Made by a program: the position numbers and the translations under genes. This document shows positions 48,360 through 61,247 of a DNA stretch of 64,000 bases, one piece after another. Source of the DNA: Squalus acanthias (taxonomy: Eukaryota). Positions within the stretch are counted from its first letter, which is position 1. Every line of letters begins with the position of its first letter. Where the stretch lies: positions 27,096,001 to 27,160,000 of the forward strand of contig CM059433.1 of the NCBI GenBank assembly GCA_030390025.1. The letters are read 5' to 3'. The notes below the pieces were generated by a model, which had not been told where the DNA came from, did no database searches, and saw only the letters and a program-made list of their open reading frames with translations.

Positions 48360-49246
48360 TACTGGGAGCAAGTGGTGTACTCAAAGGCCTTCTAATAACA
48401 GCCAACACCTTCCCAATGTCCAGCAGCACTTCCTGCACACTTTAACAACTTTTTTTGTCTTCCAGCAACCCAGTATTCATACAAACTCTGCAAGAGCAAG
48501 TACAAAAGCAATAATCATCTTATCTGCAAGCTGGATGTTTCTCTTTAAACAGTGCTTGTGGGGGGGGATCCCTCGTGCAGCTGAATGCATGTTCAGCTGT
48601 GCGTGTTTAGGAGAGCCTGCTGAATGGAGCAGCAACATCGAAAATCTCAGGTCGTGTGTCAAGTCAGCATTACACACTGACTGATGTCATGATCTGCCTA
48701 CTCTGGATACTGCCAGCGCACGTATGTACCACCCGCGCTATTGCCCTCACCAAGATGGAAAACAGCACGGGCCACGCCGGAAGTGGACGGAAGCGAGGCA
48801 GATGCCATTTTTTTAAAAAGGCCATACCTACCGGCGCTAAGGTGCCAAATTTTGCGGCCTATATATTGTGTGGGACAGGCTCGATGGACCAGAGGGTCTT
48901 TACCTGTCTGTCATTGTTCGTATATATCTCCACATTACCTCCTACCTTTAAATTTCCTAGATCAAATGGTATGGAGCTAATGACCAGGGCTCCGATTTTA
49001 AACCGTGTGGGTGGATAGCAGAGTAAGTTTGAAACTCACCCGCTGCCCTAGACAACGTATTTTAACTCCTGGGCCTCATTAGAATCTCACGGCAGATTTC
49101 GCACTAGATTTGCTGACACGCCAGGAGATGTACCGACTTCTGGAGCACAGTTTCTGGCAGGTCAGCCAAAGGCCTATTTAAAGCAAGGCTGCATTCCCTT
49201 CTGTAAGATTTCGCAGTTTCATTGCAGGAAAGGAAACTGCACAGAA

Positions 49247-52000
49247 ATGAGTCACAGGCAAGCCCCTAGGTTCTCTCAAGCTTCCCTGGAGGTCCTGTTA
49301 GAAGAGGTCAGGGCGAGAAGGAGGATTATAAAACACCAAGTCCACCAGGTATGGAGAGGCATGCCAGAGATTGTCAGCTCCAGGCGCATCACCCCCCCAG
49401 GAGCTGGATGCAGTGCTGCAAGTGCTTCAATGACCTCTCAAGAGTAGCAAGGATGATTACAGCTCTTGATTTCTCCAGATCTCTCAACAACACATGGCAA
49501 GTCTTGTCTGGCCTCCCCCACCACTCTCAACCGTTCCTTCCCCTCTATCATTTCCTTCACCACCCAGCACGAGGTCACACTAGACCACTTCTCATTCTCA
49601 TTGCATAACACACAATCACCTCCTCTTTGCTCCCTTTACAGCAGCCACTAGAACCATTCTCTTCAAGTTTGAGAACTACTGCACACTCTCTGTTGACTCT
49701 ATCCTTACTTCACACACCTGCTTTCAATTCAACATCTCCCCATCCTCAATGCCTCTAGTTTCTTCTCCTTCTCAGAATCTGCATAACAAGCAGAAGCCCT
49801 ACACATCTGCATTGTCGTTTGTAGGCGACGCTCACCGACACTTGCACTCTCGCTCTGCAGGACGTGATAGCCCACACACCAGAGAGGGGAATAAGACTGG
49901 GGGGAGGACCACCCACCTCATGGTGCTGTCGGAGTTGGAGCAGCAAGCACTTGAGATGTGGCCCATCCGGAGCTGTCGGGCAAGAAGATTTTGAGACTGG
50001 GGGCTTCTGTGAACAGGGTCTCTGAATATTACTTGCACAATCTACTAGCCGCGCCTCTAGCCAAGCTGTTCCAGTACAGCTACAACACTGGCATCTATCC
50101 GACAATGTGGAAAACTGCCCAGGTATGTCCTGTCCACAAAAAGCAGGGCAAATCCAACCCGGCCAATTACCGCCCCATCAGTCTACTCTCAATCATCAGC
50201 AAAGTGATGGAAGGTATCATCGACAGTGCTATCAAGCAGCACTTACTCACCAATAGCCTGCTCACTGATGCCCAGTTTGGGTTCCGCCAAGACCACTCTG
50301 CTCCCGACCTCATTACAGCCTTGGTCCAAACATGGACAAAGGAGCTGAATTCCAGAGGAGAGGTGAGAGTGACTGCCCTTGACATCAAGGCAGTATTTGA
50401 CCGAGTGCGGCATCAAAGAGCCCTAATAAAACTGAAGTCAATGGGAATCGGGGAAAAAACTCTCCACTGGCTGGAGTCATACCTAGCACAAAGGAAGATG
50501 GTTGTGATGATTGAAGGTCAATCATCACAGCCCCAGGACATCGCTGCAGGAGTTCCTCAGGGCAGTGTCCTGGGCCCAACCATCTTCAGCTGCTTCATCA
50601 ATGACCTACCCTCCAACATAAGGTCAGAAATGGGGATGTTCGCTGATGACTGCAAAGTGGTCAGTGCCATTCACAACTCCTCAGATAATGAAGCAGTCCA
50701 TGCCCGCATGCAACAAGACCTGGAGGACGTTCAGGCTTGGGCTGATAAGTGGCAGGTAACATTCGCACCACAGAAGTGCTAGGTAATGACTATCTCCTAC
50801 AAGCGAGAGTCTAAACACCACCCCTTGACATTCAATGGCATTACCATCACCGAATCCCCCACCATCAACATCCTGGGGGTCACTGTTGACCAGAAACTTA
50901 ACTGGGCCAGCCACATAAATACTCTGGCAACAAGAGCAGGTCAGAGGCTAGGTATTCTGCGGTGAGTATCTCACCTCCTGACTCCCCAAAGCCTTTCTAT
51001 CATCTACAAGGCACAAGTAAGGAGTGTGATGGAATACTCTCCACTTGCCTGGATGAGTGCAGCTCCAACAACACTCAAGAAGCTCGACACCATCCAGGAC
51101 AAAGCAGCCCGCTTGATTGGCACCCCCTTTACCACCTTAAACATTCACTCCCTCCACCACCGGCGTACCGTAGCTGTAGTGTGTACCATCTACAAGATGC
51201 ACTGCAGCAACTCGCCAAGGCTTTTTCGGCAGCACCTCCCAAACCCGCGACCTCTTCCACCTAGAAGGACAAGGGCAGCAGACACATGGGAACACCACCA
51301 CCTCCAAGTTCCCCTCCAGGTCACACATCATCCTGACTTAGAAGTATATTGCCGATCCTTCATCGTCGCTGGGTCAAAATCCTGGAACTCCCTACCTAAC
51401 AGCACTGTGGGAGTACCTTCACCACACGGACTGCAGCGGTTCAAGAAGGCAGCTCACCACCACCTTCTCAAGGGCAACTAGGGATGGGCAATAAATGCTG
51501 GCCTTGCCAGCGACACCCACATCCCATAAAAACAAATTTAAAAAGCTGCATTGTAATGCGTGTCATCTGCTAATATCCAGCTTCTCAATATCATCTGAAT
51601 TCGTGCCTTTTCTCTTTCCTCTAGGTCCTTCTCAACGGCCCCCTGAAGAAGACACCTGAAGGATTCTGGACTTTTTGATATGTACTTTTTGGTGCCTGCT
51701 CTAAAGAAGACTAAGTAAGGCATATAGAGCGGGAACTGTCAGGGTGACCCTCACCCAAGAGCGGCACACATTGCCCTTTCTACAAAATGCCAGCACATCT
51801 GGTCCCTCGCCACCCCCTTAACCAATAACAGGCACAATATCAGAAAGCCAGCTGGGGCAGACAGCCCTGGCCACAGCCAAAGTGCTGCAGTCTGCAGCTG
51901 GGCCCTCAGAGGCTTCCATAAGTTGCCGACCAGAAGCATCCCAAGGATCCCCACATGGACAACAGCAGCCTTCCATCAACGCTGCTGAAGCCAATGGGGC
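49247..52000 (+). pseudogene. Second Harbinger Myb/SANT gene remnant, interrupted by LINE at 50044-51540
   Basis: MSHRQAPRFSQASLEVLLEEVRARR...RSWMQCCKCFNDLSRVAR; acceptor at ~49860 then ...NKTGGG.T; further acceptor tttcctctag at ~51624. 3' end approximate. Confidence 0.6.
50044..51540 (+). mobile_element. 5'-truncated copy of the tRNA-headed LINE family
   Basis: LAAPLAKLFQYS...NYRPISLLSIISKVME...FADDC...; same 3' tail as 58870-58948. Confidence 0.92.
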
Positions 52001-52029
52001 AGCACCTCATAAGATATAAACCTCATAGA

Positions 52030-52530
52030 TATATAAAATAATAAAGGGACTAGATTGTGTTTATGTGGACCAACTATTTCAACTGTATAGGTTAGGGAGG
52101 ACCAGGGGTCTTGCTAACAAGTTATGTAAGGGCAGAACAAGGTTGGATGTTAGGAAGTTCTTCTTTTCCCAGAGGATAGTGGACCTGTGAACGCTGATTC
52201 GCTGTATACCTTCAAGCGAAAGCTGGACCTGTTTCTGGCTGGGGTGGAGATCACCTTGTACAAGTAGGTACGCTGTAATATAAATCAGGGTCAATGTAAT
52301 CTTTTGGACTAGTCGCAATTGCCTAAAGAGGTCGGAGAGGAATTTTCCAGATTTTCCCCCCTAATTGACCTGGGTTTTTATCTGTTTTTTCACCTCTACC
52401 AAGAGATTACATGGCTGTGGATGGGTGGGGAGAGTATGTAGTCTGACTCATTAGGAATCACAACTATATGAGGCAGGCTAGATGGAGCAGTGTGTCTTTT
52501 CCTGTCTGTCATTTTTGTATGTTCATATGT
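52030..52530 (+). mobile_element. CR1 3' fragment with long 3' UTR
   Basis: KIIKGLD...RLDVRKFFFSQRIVDL*N...FKRKLD.FL; UTR shared with 42725-42857 + 48861-48925. Confidence 0.7.
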
Positions 52531-55500
52531 ATCCAAGAAAGGAACTCTTGACCTACAGACCCTGTGGGCTGGATTAGGCCTTCTGCAAGCAGCTCCCCTC
52601 ACTTGCTATCTTCTAACAGGCCCAGCTGTTGCTGCTCCTCTTCCTACAACTGTTCGTCCATCCAGAAGAGTGAAGCAAAAACAACACCCATGAAATACAG
52701 TAAGCGCTTAATGAGGGTGGGTAAGGGGGTGGGGTGGGGTCAGGGGGCGGTGGGGTGAAATCAGAAAGAAACAGATTGGAAGCTCAAAACAGGTTTGGAA
52801 ATGCACTACTCACAATGACACACATATCCTAATGACCTAATTGCCTGCAGGTGAGTCCCCCCTTAAATGCAGCTTCCAGTCACGTCAGACAGTTTGTGAA
52901 GTCAATGGCGCTAAGTTTTACTCAACGGGTTTACCGCTGGGCAGGATTTCTGACCCACCCAGTTAAAAGCACATTGGGGTTCACATAATGCCATTAGGTT
53001 CGGTTAAAATCAGGGCCCAGATTTCAGGAAAAGGCATAGTCTAGTCAAAACAAGTTGGGATGAAGGAACTATCAACATACTATTTGTTTTTTCTGCTTTA
53101 TGGCAGAAGTGTTCAGTCGCCGATTTAAAACCTGTGGTCCTATCCCTGCTGTTGTATTTGATTTAGATTTTTGATATGACTGCAGTCCTACCTTCACTGC
53201 AACATAACTCTAAATGTGGGCTCCATTTTTTTAAAAACAGTGACTGTCCAATATTCTTCCCTTCCACTGCATTCTGACAATAGTAATTAAAATGTTAACT
53301 GTACTGCGTAGCAAAGGACTCTTTGATGAATATCTGAATCTCATTTTGTTAAACAATATTGCAAGTTAGAAATAGATCTATTGGAAGGAGTAGTTTTCAT
53401 TAAAAGGGAAAACTGTATGTTAAAGCAACACAACTCAGAAATAGGACGACAACATTGTTGCCCCAATTCTCTAGCCCATGTTTCCTACAGGCAAGGCTGC
53501 CCAATAGGAGCGCGGGATCACAGAATTAGTTCATCTATTAATGTTATAGTAATTTCTAAGCTGTTGTTTCTCTGACTGTTATTGCCAAACTTCAGTGTGC
53601 AGATGGTATGCAGCTACCCCTTTTTAAACTTTAACTGTTAAATTAAAAAAAATCACTGCCAGTCCAAAAATCACAAAAATGACGCCAGTATCATAATTTC
53701 CTGTTATTGTCAAGAGGATCATTCAACTGACGTAATGTTATGGCTAGATCTGCGTTGTGGACTTGACTTACTGAACCGAGGATACAAATTCACCAGTTAT
53801 ACTACAGCACAACATTTAAACAGCAATGTGGGTGGCTAGCCACAATTCTACTATCTGATTGCATTCCTACTGAATTGGAGAAAGTAGAATTTCTGACACA
53901 ATCAGCTATTTTAGTCATGAGAAATTGAATGGCAGTTCAGTGGGTTACAAATGTTTTAATTCTAAAGATAATGAAGTGAAAATTGCTTTAGGTCCATTTT
54001 CGGGCCTGAAATGGGTAGATGTGTAGGGAGTGTGCGCCCCAGCCGGGAGGCCCAAGGTAGCCCTAACTTGGGCTACGGGCCTCATTAACATGATTTGACC
54101 AAACAGCCAGTGTCTGTCACGCCTCCACAGGCACCTCGCCCATTTAAGAAGATGAATTTTGGGACGCTTGGCTCACTGGCGGCGGCCTGAAGGTAAGTCC
54201 TGGGGGGGAGGTAAGGGATAGAGCGGCAATGAGGGGGGATGGGGGGGGCAATTGGGATACTGTAGAGTCGGGGAGCAGTCCAGACCCTCCTGGCTTCACA
54301 GGAACGTTTAAAGCTAAACATTTGGTGGTGGCCACTACTTAGGTCACAGTGGCTGCTGAAGAATCCGGAGTGGGACAGGCTCTACTATGTCCAATCTCCC
54401 AGAGGAGGCCTGAATTTTCTTATGCAATTCACAAATTACTCTTAATGCACTATCTATCAATCAGTGCTATATCATTCTGGATGATGACACAATAGCATAT
54501 CTATAAGTGTTTTTAGTTTCTGTTTCTAGTGTTCTGCCTCAAAATCAGATTCAACATAAGGATTGTCACATTTTCCATCTGTTGAAATGTCCGAACCACA
54601 GTAAGTTGTGCCACTTCCTAAAACGCTGAAAACGTTTTTGTTTTCCCCACACAATACAACAGAAGGGGTACCTTGCTTAGACTTACTTGGCAAAGATAAG
54701 ATTTTAGCAGCACAGCTAATTGCCTGTGTAACGCATCAAAATTTCTAAACTTCTACACTCTTGAATACAAATTAATTTGAATATGTTGAAAAGGAGGTTA
54801 AGAGTGTAGTTACATAATAAAATAAACATATGCATTGTTAAAGTGGATGTAGCCACCTATTTTGAGCAAACCTGGACAGGAGGATAAGAGGACATGATGG
54901 AGAGGATTGTAGGTGTGATCCTGCCTGCTGGCATTGAGATCTTCTGGCTGCTTCGTTTTGGAGGTGAGGGCCACCCTGCAATAAAATGCAGCACTAGTGA
55001 CAGAATAGTGTGCCACCTGTGGCCAGGACCTGGAAGCCGGTGAGGGAGGAATTCGCTGAGCTACGCAAGGTCGCTACTGTAAATGAGCTGAAACGTAGCT
55101 TCATTTTAAGAACATAAGAAATAGAAGCAGGAGTAGGCTATTCGGCCCTGCAAGCCTGCTCCGCCGTTCAATAAGATCATGGCTGAACTTCTACCTCACC
55201 TTCCCGCACTATTGCCATATCGCTTGATTCCCTTCATATCCAAAAATGTATCGATCTCTGTCTTGAATATACTCAATGACTGAGGATCCACAGCCCTCTG
55301 GGGTAGAGAATTCCAAAGATTCACAACCCTTTGAGTGAAGAAACTTCTCCTCATCTCATTCCTAAATGGCTGACCACTTATTCTGAGACTGGGACCCCTA
55401 GTTCTAAATTCCCCAGCAAGGGGAAACATCCCAGCATCTATCCTGTCAAGCCCTGTAAAAATGTTATATGTTCCAATGAGATCACCTCTCATTCTTCTAA

Positions 55501-55798
55501 ATTCTGGGGATATAGGCATAGTCTCCTCAATCTCTCCTCATAGGACAATCATGCCCATCCCAGGAATCAGTCTGGTGAACCTCTGTTGCACTTATAGGCA
55601 AGTATATCCCTCCTTAGGTAAGGAGACCAAGACTGTACACAGTACTCCAGGTATGGTCTCACCAAGGCCCTATATAATTACAGTAAGACTTCTTTACTCT
55701 TATACTCAAATCCTTTTGTAATAAAGGCTAACATACCATTTGCTTTCCTAATGGCTTGCTGTACCGCAATAAGGAAAGCAAATGGTAGGTTAGCTGAC

Positions 55799-58700
55799 GG
55801 GAACAGTAGCATAGTGGTTATGTTACTGGATTAGTAATCCAGAGGCCTGGACTAATGATCCGGAGTACGTGAATTCAAATCCCATGGCAGCTGGGGAATT
55901 TAAATTCAGTTAATTAAATAAATCTGGAATAAAAAGCTAGTATCAGTAATGGTGAATATGAAACTAACGGTGACCATGAAACTATTGGTTTAGGGAAGGA
56001 AATCTGCCATCCTTACCTGGTCTGGCATATATGTGACTCCAGACCCACAGCAACGGTTGACTCTTAACTGCCCTCTGAAATGGCCTAGCAAGCCACTCAG
56101 TTGTAAAAAAAACGCTACGAAATACAATAAGAATAAAACCGGACGGACCAGCCGGCATTGACCTCGACATCAGCTACGGACACAACAATGGCACACCCAG
56201 CTCAGTCGACTCCTGCAAAGTCCTCCTCACCAACATCTGGTGACTTGTGCCAAAATTGGGAAAGCTGTCCCACAGACTAGTCAAGCAACAGCCTGACAGA
56301 ATCATACCTTTCAGCCAATGTCCCAAACTCCTCCATCATCTGTCCCACGGGTGGCTATACAGTTGGGAAGGAGCGGCCCTGGGGGTCCTCAACATTGACT
56401 CTGGACCCCTTGAAGTCTCCTGGCTTCAGGGCAAGGATACCTCCTGCTGATTACCAACTACCGCCCTCCCGCAGCTGATGAATCAGTACTCTCCATGTTG
56501 AACACCACTTGGAAGAAGCACTGAGAGTAGCAAGTGGCTCGGTAGCACCACTACTGGCCGAGTCCTGAAGGACATAGCTGCCAGTCTGGGCCTGCGATAG
56601 GTGGTGAGAACCAACACGAGGGGAAAAACCTACTTGACCTTGTCCTCACCAATCTACCTGTCGCAGATGCATCTGTCCAAGACAGCATTGGTAGCAGTGA
56701 CCACCACGCAGTCATTGTGGAGACGACGTCCCGTCTTCACTGAGGACACCCTCCATCGTGTTGTGTGGCACTACCACCGTGCTAAATGGGATAGATTCAG
56801 AACAGATCTAGCAGTTCAAAACCGGGCATCCATGAGGCGCTGTGGGCCATCAGCAGCAGCAGAATTATATTCCACCACAATCTGTAACCTCATGGCCCAG
56901 CATATCCCTCACTCTACAATTACCATCAAGCCAGGGGACCAACACTGGTTGAATAAGGAGTGTAGAAGAGCATGCCAGGAGCAGCACCAGGCGTACCTAA
57001 AAATGAGGCGCCAACCTGGGGAAGCTGCAACACACACAGAACTACATGCATGCTAAAAAGTGGAAGCAGCATGCTATAGACAGAGCTAAGCGAACCCACA
57101 ATCAACAGATCAGATCAAAGCTCTGTAGTCCTGCCACATCCAGTCGTGAATGGTGGTGGACTATTAAACAACTAACGGGAGGAGGAGGCTCCATGAATAT
57201 CCCCATCCTCAATGATGGTGGAGCCCAGCAAGTAAGTGCAAAAGACAAAACTGAAGCGTTTGCAACTATCTTCAGCCAGAAGTGCCGAGTGGATGATTCA
57301 TATTGGCCTCCTCCTCAGGTCCCCACCACCACAGAAGCCAGTCTTCAACCAATTCGATTCACTCCACGTGATATCAAGAAACGGCTGAGCGTACTGGATA
57401 CTGCGGGCCCCGACAACATCCCGGCTGTCGTGCTGAAGACGTGCGCTCCAGAACTAGCCGCGCCTCTAGCCAAGCTGTTCCAGTACAGCTATAATACTGG
57501 TATCTATCCGACAATGTGGAAAACTGCCCAGGTATGTCCTGTCCACAAAAAGCAGGACAAATCCAATCCGGCCAATTACCGCCCCATCAGTCTACTCTCA
57601 ATCATCAGCAAAGTGATGAAAAGTGTCGTCGACAATGCTATCAAGCAGCACTTACTCACCAATAACCTGCTCACTGATGCCCAATTTAGGTTCCGCCAGG
57701 ACCACTCAGCTCCAGACCTCATTACAGCCTTGGTCCAAACATGGACAAAAGAGCTGAATTCCAGAGGTGAGGTGAGAGTTACTGCCCTTGACATCAAGGC
57801 AGCATTTGACCGAGTGTGGCATCAAGGAGCCTTAGTAAAACTGAAGTCAATGGGAATCGGGGGGAAATCTCTCCATTGGCTGGAGTCATACCTAACACAA
57901 AGGAAGATGGTTGTGGTGGTTGGAGGTCAATCATCACAGCCCCAGGACATCGTTGCAGGAGTTCCTCAGGGCAGTGTCCTAGGCCCAACCATCTTCAGCT
58001 GCTTCATCAATGACCTTCCCTTCATCATAAGGTCAGAAGTGGGATGTTCGCTGATGACTGCACAGTGTTCAGTGCCATTCGCAACTCCTCAGATAATGAA
58101 GCAGTCCATGCCCGCATGCAGCAAGACCTGGACAACATTCAGGCTTGGGCTGATAAGTGGCAAGTAACATTTGTGCCGCACAAGTGCCAGGCAATGACTA
58201 TCTCCAACAAGTGAGCGTCTAACCAGCGCCCCTTGACATTCAACGGCATTACCATCATCGAATCCCCCACCATCAATATCCTGGGGGTCACCATTGACCA
58301 GAAACTTAACTGGACCAGCCACATAAATACTGTGGCAACAAGAGCAGGTCAAAGGCTGGGTATTCTGCGGCGAGTGTCTCACCTCCTCACTCCCCAAAGC
58401 CTTTCCACCATCTACAAGGCATAAGTCGGGAGTGTGATGGAATGCTCTCCACTTGCCTGGATGGGTGCAGCTTCAACAACACTCAAGAAGCTCGACACCA
58501 TCCAAGACAAAACAGCCCGCTTGATTGGGACTCGATCCACCACCTTAAACATTCACTCCCTCCACCATCGGTGCACCGTGGCTGCAGTGTGTACCATCTA
58601 TAAGATGCACTGCAGCAACTCACCAAGGTTTCTTCGGCAGCACCTCCCAAACCCGTCACCCCTACCACCTAGGACAAGGGCAGGAGGCGCATGGGACCAC

Positions 58701-58948
58701 CACCACCTCCAAGTTCCCCTCCAAGTCATACACCATCCTGACTTGGAAATATATCGCCGTTCCTTCATCGTCGCTGGGTCAAAACCCTGGAACTCCCTCC
58801 CTAACAGCACTGTGGGAGTACCTTCGCCACACAGACTGCAGCGGTTGAAGAAGGCGGCTCACCATCACCTTCTCAAGGGCAACTAGGGATGGGCAATAAG
58901 TGCTGGCCTTGCCAGCGACGCCCACATCCCATGAATGAATAAAAAAAA
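55799..58948 (+). mobile_element. Apparently full-length single-ORF EN-RT LINE (CR1/L2 group, distinct from canonical CR1) with tRNA-derived 5' end; ORF decayed
   Basis: tRNA-like head, ~400-bp non-coding leader, endonuclease remnant from ~56218 (KVLLTNIW*L...QQPD...YRPP...LDLVLTN...SDH), RT 57046-58886, tail ...CCCACATCCCATGAATGAAT(A)8. Confidence 0.88.
55807..55883 (+). promoter_or_regulatory. Internal RNA Pol III (type 2) promoter, tRNA-Thr(AGT)-like
   Basis: A box TAGCATAGTGG 55807-55817; anticodon arm CTGGA-TTAGTAA-TCCAG 55826-55842; B-box-like GAATTCAAATCCC 55871-55883 (one mismatch to GTTCRA). Confidence 0.7.
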
Positions 58949-60742
58949 CCTGCCTGTTAACTTTCAGTGATTCATGTACAAGGACACCCAGGTCCCTCTG
59001 AATACCAACATTTACCAATCTCTCACCATTTAAAAATATTCTGCTTTTCGATTTTTACCTACCAAAGTGAGTAACTTCACATTTCTCCACATTATATTCC
59101 ATCTGCCATGTTCCTGCCCACTCACTTATCTTGTCTATATCTCTTTGCAGCCGCTTTGCATCCTCCTCACAACTTACTTTCGCACCTAGCTTTGTAGCGT
59201 CAGCAAACTTAGATACATTACACTCAGTCCCTTCATCTAAGTCATTGATATAGATTGTAAATAGTGAGGCCCAAGCACTGATCCTTGTGGTAACCCACTA
59301 GTTACAGCCTGCAAACGCGAAAATGACCCGTTTATTCTTACTCTCTGTTTTCTGTCCATTAACCAATCCTCAATCCATGCTAATATATGACCCCCAATCC
59401 GATCAGCCCTAATCTTGTGTAATAACCTCTTGTGTGGCACCTTATCGAATGCTTTCTGAAAATCCAAATACACTACATCCACTGGTTCCCCTTATCTACC
59501 CTGCTAGTTACAACCTCAAAAAACTCTAACAGATTTGTCAAACATGATTTCCCTTTCATAAATCGATGTTGACTCTGCCCAATCATAATATGATTTTCTA
59601 AGTGTCCTGTTACCACGTCCCTAATAATAGATTCTAGCATTTTCCCTACTATAGATGTCAGGTTAACCGGTCTATAGTTCCCTGTTTTCTCTCTCTCTGC
59701 TTTCTTGAATAGCAGGGTAACATTTGCTACCTTCCAAACCGCAGAGACCATTTTAGAATCTAGGAAATTCTGGAAGATCAAAACCAATGCACCCACTATT
59801 TCTATAGCCACCTCTTTTAAAACTCTAGGATGCAGGCCATCAGGTCAAGGGGATTTGGTGGCTTTTAATCCCATTAATTTCTCCAGTACTATTTCTTTAC
59901 TAATACTAATTTCTTTAAGTTCCTCATTCTCACTAGACCCTTAGTTGCCCACTATTTCCGGAATTTTGTTGTGTCTTCTTCCGTGAAGACAGATACAAAA
60001 TATTTGTTTAATGTCTCTGCCATTTCCTTATTCCTCATTATAATTTCTCCGGTCTCTGCCTGTAAGGGACCCACGTTTACTTGTGCTAATCTCTTCCTTT
60101 TTACATATCTATAGAAGCTTTTACAATCTGTTTTTATGTCTCTTGCTAGTTTACTCTCATATTCTATTTTCTCATTTTCAATGTTAGCCAACAATGCATC
60201 TTGAATGCACTTCACTCTAGACTTGGTGCACCATCATGGAGAAGAAATGCACTGCACTTTGCCAACTAGTCATCCTTTCTAAATGCGCAGATGTACTCAT
60301 ATTGCTCTGGGCACTGTGTGATGTTGTCATATCAATGCGTGAACTATGTGACCAATTAACTATGGCAAGCAATGAACACACTGCTCCACCAGGAAATTAA
60401 CGCTGGATATTTATACATTGCGGAAGGTGGCAGCTGGCCTAGACACTTGGGTTTCACACATGTCTCAGATTCCTCTTTTCAACATTTTTTAAATAATTGT
60501 TCGAGCAGATTGCACATGACAAGGAGAGACACCAACGCTGCAACCTTCAACTCCTTATAATCAGAGGGCCATCGGAATTATGGGCATAGCGCAATAAAGG
60601 GAATGGGAAGGATGAAGTCAGAGGCTTCCCCCAAGCTCATGGCTAATAAACCTTGCTCTTCATTCATTAGTTCCTTATTCACTCACTCATTCGTTCCCTT
60701 GTACACAGACAACCATTGCAACATTTCAGTGTGCAGGCCGCA

Positions 60743-60905
60743 TTTAAAAAGTACTTGGATATGCACTTGAAGTGCCATAACCTACAAGGCTATGGACCAA
60801 GAGCTGGAAAGTGGGATTAGGTTGGATAGCTCTTTTTCGGCCGGCAAAGACACGATGGGCCGAATGGCCTCCTCTTGTGCCGTAAATTTCTATGATTCTA
60901 TGCTT
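60743..60905 (+). mobile_element. CR1 3' UTR fragment
   Basis: Nearly identical to 41720-41873; ends TTCTATGATTCTATG. Confidence 0.85.
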
Positions 60906-61247
60906 CCTGCAATTCCACCAACACTTTACAGATATATCCATCGCGGGTGATTTCCTGATACGTGCTCAAGTCATGTGAGGTACTTCGTGTGAGGGCTCGG
61001 AACATATATCCTCAAAACTAAAATCATGTTTAGGATTAACACAAAAGCTTTGGCCTTCTGGAGTAAAGAAGAGAAAATCTGAGGGAAAAAAATCAGATCA
61101 TCCTGTTTATGTTCCTTTCATCAAAGAATATGGTGTTAAATGCAGCCACAAAATTCCTACCTAATTTTGGCGTGGAAATCCTGTAATCTGAACAGGGTGG
61201 AATCCGTTTCCGCAGGGTATCCATCCCTTTCTGATTCACACGCATAA

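Larger units (their letters stand above)
42858..48860. mobile_element. Near-complete two-gene PIF/Harbinger transposon (convergent Myb/SANT and transposase genes), decayed
   Basis: Imperfect TIRs GGGCTCAAATT / AATTTTGCGGCC; both flanks are consecutive parts of one CR1 3' UTR (compare 52300-52530); contains both genes listed below. Confidence 0.85.
55108..60175 (-). mobile_element. CR1 LINE split into 55108-55765 and 58949-60175 by the tRNA-headed LINE
   Basis: NYRPVNLTSIVGKMLE, DFQKAFDKVPH, ...EFRRMRGDLI; GCTTGCTGTACC rejoins (CC)TGCCTGTTAACTTTC across the insert. Confidence 0.9.

Noticed and set aside
55799..55890. Functional tRNA-Thr gene
   Set aside because: No acceptor stem, duplicated anticodon-like arm, no T-run terminator; it is the head of a retroelement.
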